Assembly (NCBI RefSeq): GCF_009914755.1
Contig: NC_060938.1
DNA from: the human T2T-CHM13v2.0 reference genome, Homo sapiens
Reading direction: 5' to 3' (one strand)
DNA length: 64,000 nucleotides
The position numbers and the translations under genes are program-made. This document shows positions 14,076-27,546 of the stretch, in pieces. The number at the start of each line of letters is the position of its first letter. Within the stretch, counting starts at the first letter, position 1. Under the pieces are notes generated by a model. The model saw nothing but the letters and a program-made list of their open reading frames with translations. It made no database searches and was not told the DNA's origin.

Positions 14076-14729
14076 TCAGCTTGCCAATTCTCGGTCAGGT
14101 TTTTCCATCTTCATAGTCTTGTTAAGCACCACTTAAAATCTAAGCAGAATCTAAGGCACTCATCATCTCTTAATTCTTACATTAATTGGATACAGGTTTG
14201 GCAACATGACTCTATTTGCTTATAGGTTACACCCCTTTCCCCTTTGATGCCACTCAGCATAGGTGAGCCCTGCCCTTCTGAGCTGACATGCTTTTTCAAT
14301 TATACAAATTGGCCTGTTTTTCAGTTTAGCCTTTTCATCTATCTGAAGTCAGACACTTGTTGATCTGCTACTCTCAGGTTGTTTCAGCATGGACGCTAAT
14401 TTCAGGGTTCTGTGGGATAAAGAAAACAAAATCATTTTGCTTCCCTTTTTTCAGGGCTCTCGCCTATTCTTCAGAAGCCGTTAAGGTGCCTTCCCTGTGA
14501 TTTAGAGGTAAGCATCGTTTGTTTTGGGCTTTGCTTCTTTTTAGGTGGTGTTTACAGTGTATCACCACTGGCCAGTTATTTAATTACAGAGTGACCAGTA
14601 AATCCTGCTGAGTTTTATGTGTTTTTACAGGGTCAGGAAAGTCAAGGTCACTGACCAAAATGAGGTGTTTGACTGTCAGTTTGGTTGTGTCTAATCAATA
14701 ACCAAAGCAAACGGTTTCCACTCATACAA

Positions 14730-15696
<967 letters not shown>

Positions 15697-16609
15697 TAAT
15701 GGCAAAAGAAGAAGTTGAATGGCTCTTGCTGGGATGAAGAAAAAGTCACACAGCCAAGAATTTCTTACTGTAAAAAGAATTTTCTTTTTGATTATTATTT
15801 GTGAAAAATAAGGAATGATTGGATCTGGACTGTAGCAGATCTGCATATCTACAGATCATCTCTGGATTACAGTGGGTTTTAGTATTAAATGAGGGGTGTT
15901 CTCATTTATTGGAAGGTGTTCTAAGACCATTGTGCTTCGGTGACATCTGTGCTTTCTGCATCTCTGTACCCTCAGGCAGGGCAGAGTGCAGTATCTGGTG
16001 AACTACTGCTGCTTCAAAAACTACCTTGAATGATTGAAAGCCATTAAAGAGAAAAGTGGATAAACAACACAACTGCCAGAGAAAAGATGAAGGAAAGAGA
16101 GTAAGGATGCAATCCAAAGAAACAGAAAGGAGGTCACTAAACTTCCCCCAGCCTCAAGGGAGGGAAGCTGGAGAATAAAGATTTAGAAAAGGTCAAGGCC
16201 ATTGTGTTGCGAGGATGGAATCAGATCAGCTTACCTTAGTTGAAGAGGGTTTATGATAAAGATTCAAGGGAAAATTAAGGAAGATAGAAATCGACCTCGG
16301 TATAATCAGTCCTTGATTATCTGGTTACCTGTTCATTTCTTCAACAACAGTTAGCAAGTTTTTATGCTGAGAAAAACTAGGCAACTGAGATGCTTGGATT
16401 GAGGGAGCAGTGTTACAAAGGCATGAAGGTTTGAAAGAGCAGGGTGTTAGTAAGGTACTCCAAGGGTTGGGAATTGCTAGAGCAAACAAAAGTTAGAAAT
16501 TGGCTGCCCACAGATGTGTGGTATTTGGCCAGAACAGTGTTTTGTTTTGTGTTTAAATTTATATATTAGTTGTCAATGCCATAATTGGATTTCACACAAA
16601 AATACCATT

Positions 16610-16980
16610 TTTGTTTATCAGTTACTATGTAAGAAATCATATCAAAACTTAGTGGTTTAAAATTTAACCCTTATTTTATTCCTTATATTATTATCTCTTA
16701 CAGTTCTGGGAAATGACTGGGCTCAGCTAAGAGATTCTCATTCAGGGTCTGTCATGTGGTTGCAGTGCAAGGATAGCTGGGATTGGGGTCATCTTGAAAG
16801 CTTCCACCCACATGTGGGTGGTTGATGGGACTGTAGCAGGGGCTGTGAGACAGAACTACATGTAGCCTCTCCTCCTTGTCCCTGGGGCAAGTGTCACAGA
16901 GAGATAGGAAGCAAAGTTCTCAGTTTCTTAAAGCTTGGGCCTGGAAACTGTCACTGCATCGCTTCCATTGTTCAAGCAGT
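16610..16980 (-). mobile_element. Old MaLR LTR (MLT1F/G/H-like)
   Basis: 'caaaacttagtggtttaaaa...tctcttacagttctggg...gggctcagct...catgtggttgcagt'. Confidence 0.6.
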
Positions 16981-16984
16981 GCTA

Positions 16985-17726
16985 GGGCCTGATTTATGTC
17001 CCCCCAAAATTTGTATGTTGAAGCCCTGTATTAGTCTGTTCTCATGCTGCTAATAAAGACATACCTGAAACTGGGTAATTTATAAAGGAAAGAGGTTTAC
17101 ATGGCTGGGAGGCCTCACAATCATGGTGGAAGGCAAATAAGAAGCAAAGTCACATCTTACATGGCAGCAGGCAAGAGGGTGTGTGGAGGGGAACTTCCCT
17201 TTTATAAAACCATCGGATCTCCTGAGACTTATGCACTATCATGAGAATGGCACAGGGAAAATTCGCCCCCGTGATTCAATTACCTCCCACCAGGTCCCTC
17301 CCAAGACACATGGGGATTATTACAATTCAAGGTGAGATTTGGGGGAGGACACAACCAAGCCATATTAAGCCCTAACACCCAGTACCTCAGAATTTCATTG
17401 GGTTTGGAAGTAGGGCCTTTAAAGAGGTAATTAAGTTAAAATGATGCTGTTAGGGTGGGCCTTAATCCAATATCACTGTGACTTTATAAAGAGAGGAGAT
17501 TAGGACATAGAGATACCAGACATGTGCACACAGGGGCAAACACATCAGGACACGGTAAGAAGGTGGCTATCTGCAATCAAAAAGGAGACACCTCTGAAGA
17601 AACCAGATCTGCCAATACTTTGATCTGGGACTTCCATCCTCTAGAACTGCGGGAAAATAGATTTCTGTTGATTAACCCCCACCAGTTTATGGTATTTTGT
17701 AAGGGCAGCCCAAGCTGACTAACACA
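16985..17726 (+). mobile_element. MLT1A-like LTR, interrupted by THE1
   Basis: 'tgtccccccaaaatttgtatgttgaagccc|taacacccagtacctcagaat...gggcctttaaagaggtaattaag', ends 'gctgactaacaca'. Confidence 0.85.
17027..17367 (-). mobile_element. THE1 (B/C-like) solo LTR
   Basis: 'tgtattagtctgttctcatgctgctaataaagacatacc'...'ccatatta'; perfect 5-bp TSD AGCCC at 17022-17026 and 17368-17372. Confidence 0.93.
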
Positions 17727-18420
17727 CACCTGAAGGGTTTTAGGTCCTAGGTAACATGACCCTCTCTTTCCACCCATCCACCATCTATCCATCTCTCTGG
17801 TGGTGGTGTGATGGCTAGGCTGCAGGCTGGTGGCCAGAGGCAGGGAGTGTGGCCCAGCAGTTCTCTCAATAGTTAGATGGAGGACAGGTGATGAACAGGC
17901 ATATTGGGAATGGGAGAAGTACAAAGCAGAGAAAGACTTCCAATGTAAAATTGGCAGTATCTGGTGATTAGATATTTGGAGTTGAGGGGATCCTCAGAGG
18001 GAAAGGCCAGTGAATGCCAGATGGAGAGTAATGAGGTCCTGTGGAGGGGGAGATTTGGTTGGCAACATTTCAATAGCATCTTTCATTGACAGAGATTTAT
18101 TATTGCCTGAAGTAATACAAGACACATAGGTGGGACCCAGAAATTAGAGCCCATATTTCACCCTCTTCTAGGCAAGGTGAGCTAAGGCTCTGTTTAGGTG
18201 GGAGATTGGCAAAGGCCATTCTCTCCTTTTGCAGGTAGCCCTTTGCCAAGGGGACCCCAAGTATACCTATCCCATGGGAGCAGCTCAGTGTCCAGGTAGG
18301 CTGGGCTCTGCCCCTACAGATGTATCCAAGAATAGGGACAGAGAAAAAAATATAGAAGAAAATAGATTAAAAAAAAAAGATTTAAAAAAAGGTTAATAAT
18401 AGTAAAAATAATAGAAAAAC

Positions 18421-19097
18421 ATAGGTTAAAAAGAATTGACAAAACTTTAGGCATAAATGAGCGCCTCCTCTGCCTCATTGCAGCTGCTACAAGCTCCCCA
18501 CCCCAGCATCCTCAACATCCCCATCCTCTAAGTGTCCTGGCTGACTTTGTTCTCAGGGGAGCCTGTTAGTAAGGCACCACTGCAAAGCAGCCATGATGGC
18601 AACATCATATGTATGGGACGGTATTTGAACAGGGAAAATGGATTAATTTGGAATTTATGTTCATTCCCAATAGGAGCTAAAGTTGACATTTACTTTAGAA
18701 ATACCAAGAAAAAAAATAAACCAAATTGAGTAGAATAGACCAGATTTCAAGAGAATGCTTACCTCCTCAAGGGAAGGAAGTGTTTTCCAGTGCTTCAGAA
18801 GGAATCATTTGCATATAAACAATGCCCTCATGGGCTGAGGCCAGTGTGGCTCAAGCTGCCTCCTTAGAGCTAATTATAAGTCATTTTTCTTTTTTAAAGC
18901 AGTGTTTCTTCCACTGCACCTCTCCTGCTTTGATGCTGCCTGCACTTGAAGTTAAGAAAATCTCATTTCCTCATTCACAGACACCATTTCAAACTTTCTT
19001 AATTTAAGCAGATTTTCTTTCTCAAATACTAGAATACAAATTAGGGAAAAGGAAAAGATAGATTAAAAAGAATTGACAAAACTTTAGGCATAAATGA
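18421..19097 (+). repeat. 40-bp dispersed direct repeat (18421-18460 and 19058-19097)
   Basis: ATAG(G/A)TTAAAAAGAATTGACAAAACTTTAGGCATAAATGA, 39/40 identical. Confidence 0.95.
18807..18824 (-). promoter_or_regulatory. Sox(+3)Oct composite motif (motif match only)
   Basis: Minus strand reads CATTGTT-TAT-ATGCAAAT. Confidence 0.45.
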
Positions 19098-20424
19098 ATG
19101 TCATTTGACTTATTCTCCCTGCCATTCTACCTCTCTTAATTTCTATTTGCTGCTGAAAAGCCTGAGGTGGGCTCAATGCCCTGGGTCTCCATGAACGTGT
19201 TCCCAGCCAGCCAGAGAGTGATCCTCTTTCCAAACTGGATCTCTGGCAATCTGCAAATCTGCCATGGCTTACACGGCAACTGTATAGGGAATTTTTCTTC
19301 CTAGAAAATGCAAAGAGATGATGTTTTCTGATTAAAAGGGGAAAAAAGCCTAGGTATTTTCACTTAAGATTATAAAATCTTTCATTCATGTTGTGCACAT
19401 CCACAATGCTGCCACTGTTTTCTTTTCCTGACCCTTAGACTCTCAGTTGGGCACTGCCCTTCTAAGGTTTGAACATGAAGACAATGACTGCTTGAATCAC
19501 CACTCAGGGCACAAACAGCCCTCAAGCACTCTCTGAGGTTTTTTTTTTTCCTTCTTCTCATATCTGTTTAAACATTTCAACTCAGCGTGCAGTGTGTCTG
19601 AAAATGGCTCTGATGTAAGTATTTACAATGATACCTCTCTGCCACAGCCTGTAATTCCCTCTTGATTAAGATGGTGATATTGATTTAGCTGGGATTGCAT
19701 GCAAATAAACCATGACATCGGGAGAAGTGTAGTTTTTCAGTACGCCAGTGTGTCGGTGATTTCCATTTAGTAGTCGTTTCTCTCACCCATATGGCTTGAC
19801 TACAGCATTTATACAGATTAGTAACTGTCTACTAGGCTCAGATATAAACTATAGTCACCAAAGTTCTCATCTGGAGCCTTTGTTTAGGTTGTACCTTTCA
19901 ACCACAGCCATCTCCGCTCTACATTTATCAGAGTGATCGAAGAGGAATGAGCTCTCTCCGTTGGCCAAAAGCTCGTGGTACTTCAGAGGGAGACAGGTGG
20001 AGGAGGCGATTGAGAAAATATTTTAGGGCAATGGAGTGATTTGTTAGTTGGCCACTACACAAGAGTCTGTGTGGCATTCTCCAGCCATGTATTGAAGGCT
20101 ATAATCTTTTAAATAAATAGTGCCAGTTCACATTTACTTGGCGCAAAATTTGCAGTTGTAGATCTTTTCAAGGGTAAGGAGAAAAAAAAATGCTTTGGGA
20201 GGGCATAACTATACCTACCACCCAAACAGACTTTGTGCTACCTGGAGTTCCAGTGTAAGGAGGGATCAGGAAGAATGAGTGCCATTGAGGACAAATCTAG
20301 GAGCAGTGGATTGACAGGGATTCCTTGCAACGTTAATTTGGAAAGTGTGTAATTCAAATAAAACTGATGTCTGAATTAAAAGGGATGCTTTTGTGTGTGC
20401 ATGAGTAAATGTTATGAGCTATAG

Positions 20425-20835
20425 AAGATTAAAGAGGCATGACAACTAAAGGCAATACTTAATCCTAGGCTGGATCCTGTTGTGTGGGAGAAAAAAGACA
20501 TTATTAGGTCAAGCAACCAATTGGAATATGGACAATAGATTAGATTAAATTATTGCATCAATGTTAAAATTGCTGAAGCTGACAACTGCAGCGTGGTTAT
20601 GCAGAAGAACACCCTAATTTTAGAAAATACACATAATGTACACCACTTACTCTTAAGTGATTCAAAAATTATATATATGTGATGTTTATCAGAGAGAGAA
20701 AGGCAACAAATGATAGCAAACAAGTGAACTGTTAATAATAGGTGAATGTGGGTAAAGGGTATATGGGTGCTGTTTTTTCTATTTTTCTTGCAATTTTTCA
20801 GTATGTTTAAAGTTATTTCAAAATAAAAAGCTAAA
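20425..20835 (+). mobile_element. Old L1 (L1MC/ME) 3' end
   Basis: 'catgacaactaaa...ctggatcctg', 'ggtgaatgtgggtaaagggtatatggg', ends 'ttatttcaaaataaaaag'. Confidence 0.7.
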
Positions 20836-21409
20836 AGAGAGGGTGAATGCCTTTAAAGGTCTGACCCAAAGCTTGTCTGACTCAAAACTCTTTTGCCCTG
20901 GGGTAAGTAAAAATTCTGACTTTGCTTTTTTGGTGTCAGCGAACAAGTATTCCTGTGCTGCTTCCTTCCTGTTGTCCTCTTTCTGCAAAGAGTTTACTGG
21001 GAGAAGATATCAAATATCAGTTGTTGATGAAACAGATGTTGAATTACTCTGGATGCACTGCAAGAGCAGAAGTATTTTTGCTAAAGTCAAGATTCTGATT
21101 GGATGAAAGGGAATATTGTAGAAGCCCTCTTGGCTATTGTCTCTTTCTTTCTTTTCTCCCCTAGACTCCTTCCTAGCAGTTAGAATTGTCTTCATCCAAC
21201 ACTGTTTTTTCTCATGGTTTTCTTGCTCAATCACTTAGAATTCCTCCTTTTTATGCTTTGTCCAGCCTCATCCCCAAACTCCTGTTGTTTCTTATACTTT
21301 ATCCTCAAATAGAACTTGCCTTCATTTCTGCTAATCAGTCCAACTCAAACTTTATACACTTTAACCAACCAAAGCTCTCTGATTACTTTTATTTTCTCCT
21401 TTTATATAA

Positions 21410-21700
<291 letters not shown>

Positions 21701-22689
21701 TGATTTTTAACAGTTACATGATTTTCAGTTACGTGGAGGGATTCTTGGCTGATATCCAGCAATGTGGTGGCTATCTGTAGGGTTATGTACACCTTCAGGC
21801 TAATTGATTGGTACATCTGTTATGATTGGTTGGTCTATTGGTTTTGATTGGTTGGTATATCCATTCTGACCGATTGGTGTGTTGGTTATAATTATAAATT
21901 GGTTGGTGTTTATGTCATATCAGTTGTGAAATACTTTGAATATGACCTGTAATTATACTGTCACAGAGTTAACCTTCAGTCTATTAAAATTCTAAACAAA
22001 ACAAAAAAAGAAAAAAACAAAACCAACATTAAAAAAAAAAGCTGATTGTTCCTCTGGTTAAATTTCTAAAACTCCAATAGCAGGTTAAAGATTTGATAAT
22101 TTTAAAGGCTCTGATGCCTACCTATTGCCCTGCAAAAAGATTGGACTCATTTACAGTACACTCCTGCCAGAAGGGCACATGGGTTACACCAAAACCTACA
22201 AGCCTGAGTATTATCATTTTAAAAAGATCTTTGCCACTCTGATAATTGAAAAATGGTTTCTTGCTTTAAGTTGTACTTATACAAATAAAATGCTTATATT
22301 TTAATGTGAGCATTTGAATATTTTTTAGAATGTCCTTTGCCATTTTTCTCTGCTCACTTTTCTGCTCTACATTTTATCAATGTTTCTAGGCTCCGTCTTG
22401 ACTCTTTTTGTACATGTGACAGCTGTTCCATCACCGATTGCCAGGATTGGTTTGGCTACTTTCCTTGGCAAGGCTGGTGCCACTTTCTCCCTTTACAAAC
22501 TCAGTTGCAAGCCTCCTAAAGCAGTTCCTTAGTTGAAAAATATTGTTGTTGTATTTGTGGATAAGTTATATTGTGGAGTATTTATGTTGCTTTCTGCGGG
22601 TATGTTGCTGCCTTGGCTATAATCTAAGTTTTCCAAGGGCAAGGCCTTTGTTTTTCAATAAAAACAAAATAATTATTTGGAGCTGACTT

Positions 22690-23284
22690 GATTATCTATT
22701 AATAATAAGTTGTTGCTGTAAATCTCTAAGTACCATCCCCAAACTTAGAGATTTACAACAACTTATTCTTATCTCTCATGTTTTTTTTCTGTGTTAGCTG
22801 GGCTGTTCTTGAGGTTTCTCATGGAGTTGTAGTCACATGGTGGGAGAGACTAGAGTCATCTGAAGGCTTGACTGTGCTGGATATCCAAGAGGACTTCTGG
22901 TCTCACATGTCTGAGTCCTCATGTAAGATAGCTGGCACAGCTCAAGGCTGTCTGGATCTCTCTTTCTCTCTCACATGTTCTCTTTGTATGGCTGCCTGGG
23001 GCTTCTTCACAGCATACAGTCTCAGGATATTTGAACTTACTTGGTGGCTGGCTTTTCTCAAAGCAAGGACTCCAAAGAAAGCACGGTGGAAGCTGTATGC
23101 TTCTTATGACCTAGTCTTAGAAATCATGCAGCATCATGTCAGCCACATTCTATTAGTTAGAAGGAAGTCTCAGGGTCTCAAAAGTGAGAGCCCAGATTAA
23201 AGAGGAGAGGAGCCCAGATTTACATAGGGGTGTAAGTGCCAGGAAGCATGATTGGAGGGATATCTTTGGAGACAAACTACCACA
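22690..23284 (-). mobile_element. MLT1 (G/H-like) LTR
   Basis: 'ccccaaacttag', 'gagtcatctgaaggcttgactg', 'ttatgacctagtcttaga', ends 'aactaccaca'. Confidence 0.7.
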
Positions 23285-25667
23285 GGTACCTAACATTGGT
23301 TATGTTAGGTCCATATGTAACATTCAATAAATTCTTATTTAGTGAACAGCCCAGAAACAGGAGATAAATTGTTTTCTGAAAAAGCCATTTGACCTTTAAT
23401 TTCCTTTGCTGGTGGCAGGGGGATGGGAGCGCGCCATGAAAAATGAGACTTTGGCATAGCTGCAATCTAATCTTGGAAGAGCAAGCAACCTTGAAGAAAT
23501 TCACTTATGGGTGTAAATATATCCTACTGACAACTGGATATTTTATTCCAAGATTCTATTATTTTTAGTTATCTAACCAATATTTTTCTGTTTATGTTCA
23601 TTCTCTGCCTCTGAATAGGGAGAGAGCTGCACTGATGCCAGTTCTCCAATCACACATGCTATTGTCAAATGTTAGGAAGTAATTTCAGTGCCATTGCTTA
23701 TCCTGGTCTAGCTCACAACATTTAGAAGTTTGGTGTTGGTTACTATGACAGCCCATCTTCTCAGGAGAGACCTAGATCTCAGAGTTTCTTTCTGAATATG
23801 AGTTGGGGGCAGGGGCAACCATTGTGTCTCTGGCTGACTCAGTCAGGGATGTTTTTGTCAAGTCTGCTTTGGGCTAATGTGTAAAATTGATCCATCATTT
23901 CCCACACAATAACAACTTCTTCTGATAGCATCCAAATAGAAAACACATGTTGCTGTAAGATTCCATTAATTCAGCTAAAAATTATTGCTCATTTCTTATA
24001 TTTAAGATTATACCACATGCTTTCCAGAAGCTTCTATGAGAGAGGAGCGATAAGACATGTATAGATACCAGACAGCCTATACTGCATATAAATGATATAG
24101 ATGTGAAATTCTACAGCAATTCAGAGGAGGAAGAAATTACTCAGACTAGGGTGGCATTCGTTGGCTTCTGAATAGAGTTTTGATAGATAAATTTGTCCAA
24201 TTTCAGAGCTAAAAACAGTCTTAACACAGAGCTCAACACAAGTGGGAAAGGAATGGGGCTTTGTTACTTTGGTAGCATTTTCTAAGCATGCTTAGGCACA
24301 TGTGGAGACCAAAGAGAGTTAACCTGCTCCATGCCCTCTAAACAGAAACCAGACAACCAAGGGAGGAACCTCCCTGCAGCCTATGGAAGGCAGCCTGGAG
24401 TTGGGCCAATGTCTGAAACAGCAGTAGGTGTGGTGGTTTCTCTGCTATAGGTTTGCAGGTCCCCTGATGGGTGGGAAGGCCTGGCAGAGGAGCAATCCCA
24501 GCACATTTTGAGGAACAAAGGTTCAAATATTCATTGTGGGGGGGTGCGGGGGGTGGTGTTGAACAGCACATGTCAATTTCAGCTCTGGAGCCTGCAAAGG
24601 TTCTCAGCAGGGAAGTGGTTAATCTATCACAGCACACTTTTCAAGTCTGAAGAATCTCACTGCCCCTTCCCCGCATCTAGGGCTGGCTTCTAACTGGGTT
24701 GAGGGGATTTGGAAGGGATTTGAGGTAGGTGTGGTTCTGCCGTCTCAGTTTCTAGGAAATAAAACAATCCTTTTTTTGACCTTTAATGTGATTGAGATCA
24801 ATGTCCCCTTGGCAGTTTGCTGTGAGGTTATGAGTATAGCAACTCGAGACCTCAGTTTTATGCTTTTTCTCTCTTTCACCAGCAGCCTGAATTCTGAGTG
24901 GGAAGCTGGGGGATTGGGAGCTCAACCTTTGACTCTTGTATTGCTCAGGAAGTTCAAATCCCAGCTCAAATCCTGACTCTTCAGATAATTGCTTCTCCTC
25001 CATTATCTGTAAATGATGGAGGGGAATAGGCCTCCTTTAACACTTGGTGAGTGACAAAATTGCAGGGGCTTAAGGAAGGACTTATAACTGGTGATTGGAT
25101 GGTCAGGAGCCACACTTTGGAGTTGTCACCTGATCCCAAATGGCACACATTGTGCTCTCCGGAGGGAAGTTGAAAAGCAAGAATCAAACAAATTAGGAAA
25201 CAAAGGAATGTACAATAAACTCCCTCACAAACCAGGGATTTTATGAATCCCAATGGAGTCTTGAATCTGGCAGTGGCAAGTTCTGTTTTTCGTGTACCCT
25301 GTGGTGCCTGGTGCCCCTCTGTTGAAATCCTACTGTATATTGAGTGCTCTCTTTTTTCCTCTGCTCTGGTGTCATAACACACTTGACTGTGCAATTTGTA
25401 GGTAAGAAAGAGCACATTTTAACATAGCATGTAAAATAAAAATCTATACTAGGTTACCAGGTAGCTTTTCAAATCTGTAAAGACTCAATGTAAGAAAGAT
25501 AAAATTTTTCACTGTTAGGGAAACAGATTTTGCTTAATCAATGGAGTTAAACAGGGTTAACTACAGCATCAACAGAATGTGAGGTGAATGATCCACCTTA
25601 AGTGATAAAGACTGTTCAAACGGAACAATTAATTTCAGAGAAACAGTGTAAATAACGTAAAGGGCTG

Positions 25668-25830
25668 CAGTGGTTCTCAGATTTCAATGGCCATAAGAGC
25701 CTCCATGGGGACTTTTTAAAGAGGTCAACTCCCAGAGATTCTGATTCAGCAAATCCATTTTGAGAGCAAGAAATCAGAATTTTAAATAAGCACCTCAGGT
25801 AATTCTGATGATCTGGCATCCACACATTGA
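25668..25830. mobile_element. MER5A (hAT-Charlie MITE)
   Basis: 'cagtggttctca', 'cccagagattctgattcag', 'aagcacctcaggtaattctgatg'. Confidence 0.75.
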
Positions 25831-25939
25831 TTGAAAAGAGTGGACTAGTGCAAAATAGAGATTCAGAACCCAGGTACTTTAAACCATGGTCAGGATCAAT
25901 CCCTAAAATACTCCTAACTCCTCCCTGAGTTAAACAATC

Positions 25940-26912
25940 TATTATTTAGGGGATGTATTTGGCTGTGAGTTACAGAAATTTGAAAAATAGTAGCTTAAAC
26001 TCATAAGAAGCTTTATTTTTTTTGGAGGAGGATGAATGGGGATACTTGTGGTGGGTGATCCAGGTGTCATGGGTTGAAAAGTGTCATCTCCTCTGTCGAC
26101 AAAAAGATATGTCCATGCCCAAATCCCTGAAAACAGTGAATGTTACTTTATTTGGAAAAGGTTCTTTGCAGATGTAATTAAGTATCTTGAGATCTTCCTA
26201 GATTATCTGGGTGGACCCTAAATTCAATGACAAGTGTCCTTAGAAGAGTGAAGGAGAGGAAGAGTAGATAGAATAGGAGGCAGCAATATGACTATGTGGA
26301 CAGAGATTGGAGTGATTTGGCCACAAGCCCAGGGGCGGCCACCAGATGCTGAAAGAGGCAAAAAACAGATTCTTTCTTAGAGCACCCAGAGGGATCTCAG
26401 TCCTGCCTGATTTCAGATGTCTGGCCTCCAGGACTGTGAGTGAATACATTTCTGTTGTTTCAAGCCACGAAGTTTATAATAATTTGTTACAGCAGCCTCA
26501 GGGAACTAACACCAGTGTTGGTATAGAGGCTCCACCAGGGACCACATTTCCTTCTGTCTTTTTGCTCAGCCATCCTTAACATGGGCTCATTGTCTTGTGG
26601 TCATGAGATGGCTTTTCTATCTCCTGAATGGTATCTGCATTTCAGGCAGGAATAAGAGGAAAGAGCAAAGGGAAAGGCATGAGCTAGTTTGGTTTGTCTC
26701 TTTTTTCACTTTACTGGAAGCTCAATCCGTAATTTTTTATTAATTATCTGGCCAGAACTGGGTCAAACAGCTGCCCTACCTGCAGAAGAGGCTTGGCAAA
26801 GTATCTTTTTAAAATGTTGGATAAATTGCCACATCCAACAAAATTGGAGTTTTATTAGTAAAGGGAAGAATAGATAGATGAATATCCTGTTGGCAACCAG
26901 AAAACTCTGCCA
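25940..26912 (-). mobile_element. Old MLT1J/K LTR, interrupted by MLT1C/D
   Basis: 'tttggctgtgagttacagaa...tagcttaaac' upstream; 'tggccagaactgggtca', 'ggcaaccag...ctctgcca' downstream. Confidence 0.55.
26065..26511 (+). mobile_element. MLT1C/D solo LTR
   Basis: 'tgtcatgggttgaa', 'ctttgcagatgtaattaag', ends 'gggaactaaca'; TSD CCAGG/CCAGT. Confidence 0.85.
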
Positions 26913-27390
26913 AGGCAAGTGTGCCCAATATACCCCAGTATCCTGGTACCATGACACCTCCTTGGAACCTGGACAGTGAGAGACTGAGACTGGCTGGTCA
27001 GAGCTACCTGAAAACACTAAGTGAGGAGCTGAGATTCTTTTTTGACCAATCTGTGGTGATTAATCCTTTCATATTTTAAATGAGTTAGCCTAAGATTGAA
27101 GGCAATGTGACTCACTGACTTCATTTTGTACTTAAAACAATTTTTCTTTGGACCCCAAACTGACAAGTTTCTTGCCTGGGACCCACAAGCTTTGCATACT
27201 TGGATCCCTAGAATTATTAATAAAAACAACTCCTTTTAAGAATTCATTTTAAAACACCATGATTTAAAGAATTTGTTTTCTTTAAATTAGAAGATAATGG
27301 GCTGATGATGTGGTTGGAAGCAACACTGTAGTCTTTGTTCCCTAGCTGTGGGAGTTTAGAAAGGACTGAATATGGCTAAGGAACTTGTAT

Positions 27391-27546
27391 TTTTTTTTTA
27401 TTTCCAACTTTTAAGTTTAGGAGTACGTGGGCAGGATGTGCAGGTTTGTTAACATAAATGTGTGCCATGGTGATTTGCTGCACAGATCATCCCATCATCT
27501 TGGTATTAAGCCCAGCATCCATTAGCTATTGTTCCTGATGCTCTCA
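27391..27546 (-). mobile_element. Very short 5'-truncated L1PA 3' end with TSD
   Basis: 'gcaggatgtgcaggtttgtt', 'ggtattaagcccagcatccattagctatt'; TSD TAAGGA(A/G)CTTGTATTT starting at 27377 and 27548. Confidence 0.88.

Noticed and set aside
24538-24557. G-quadruplex candidate
   Set aside because: Only two long G tracts plus GG; it does not meet the four-tract G3 pattern
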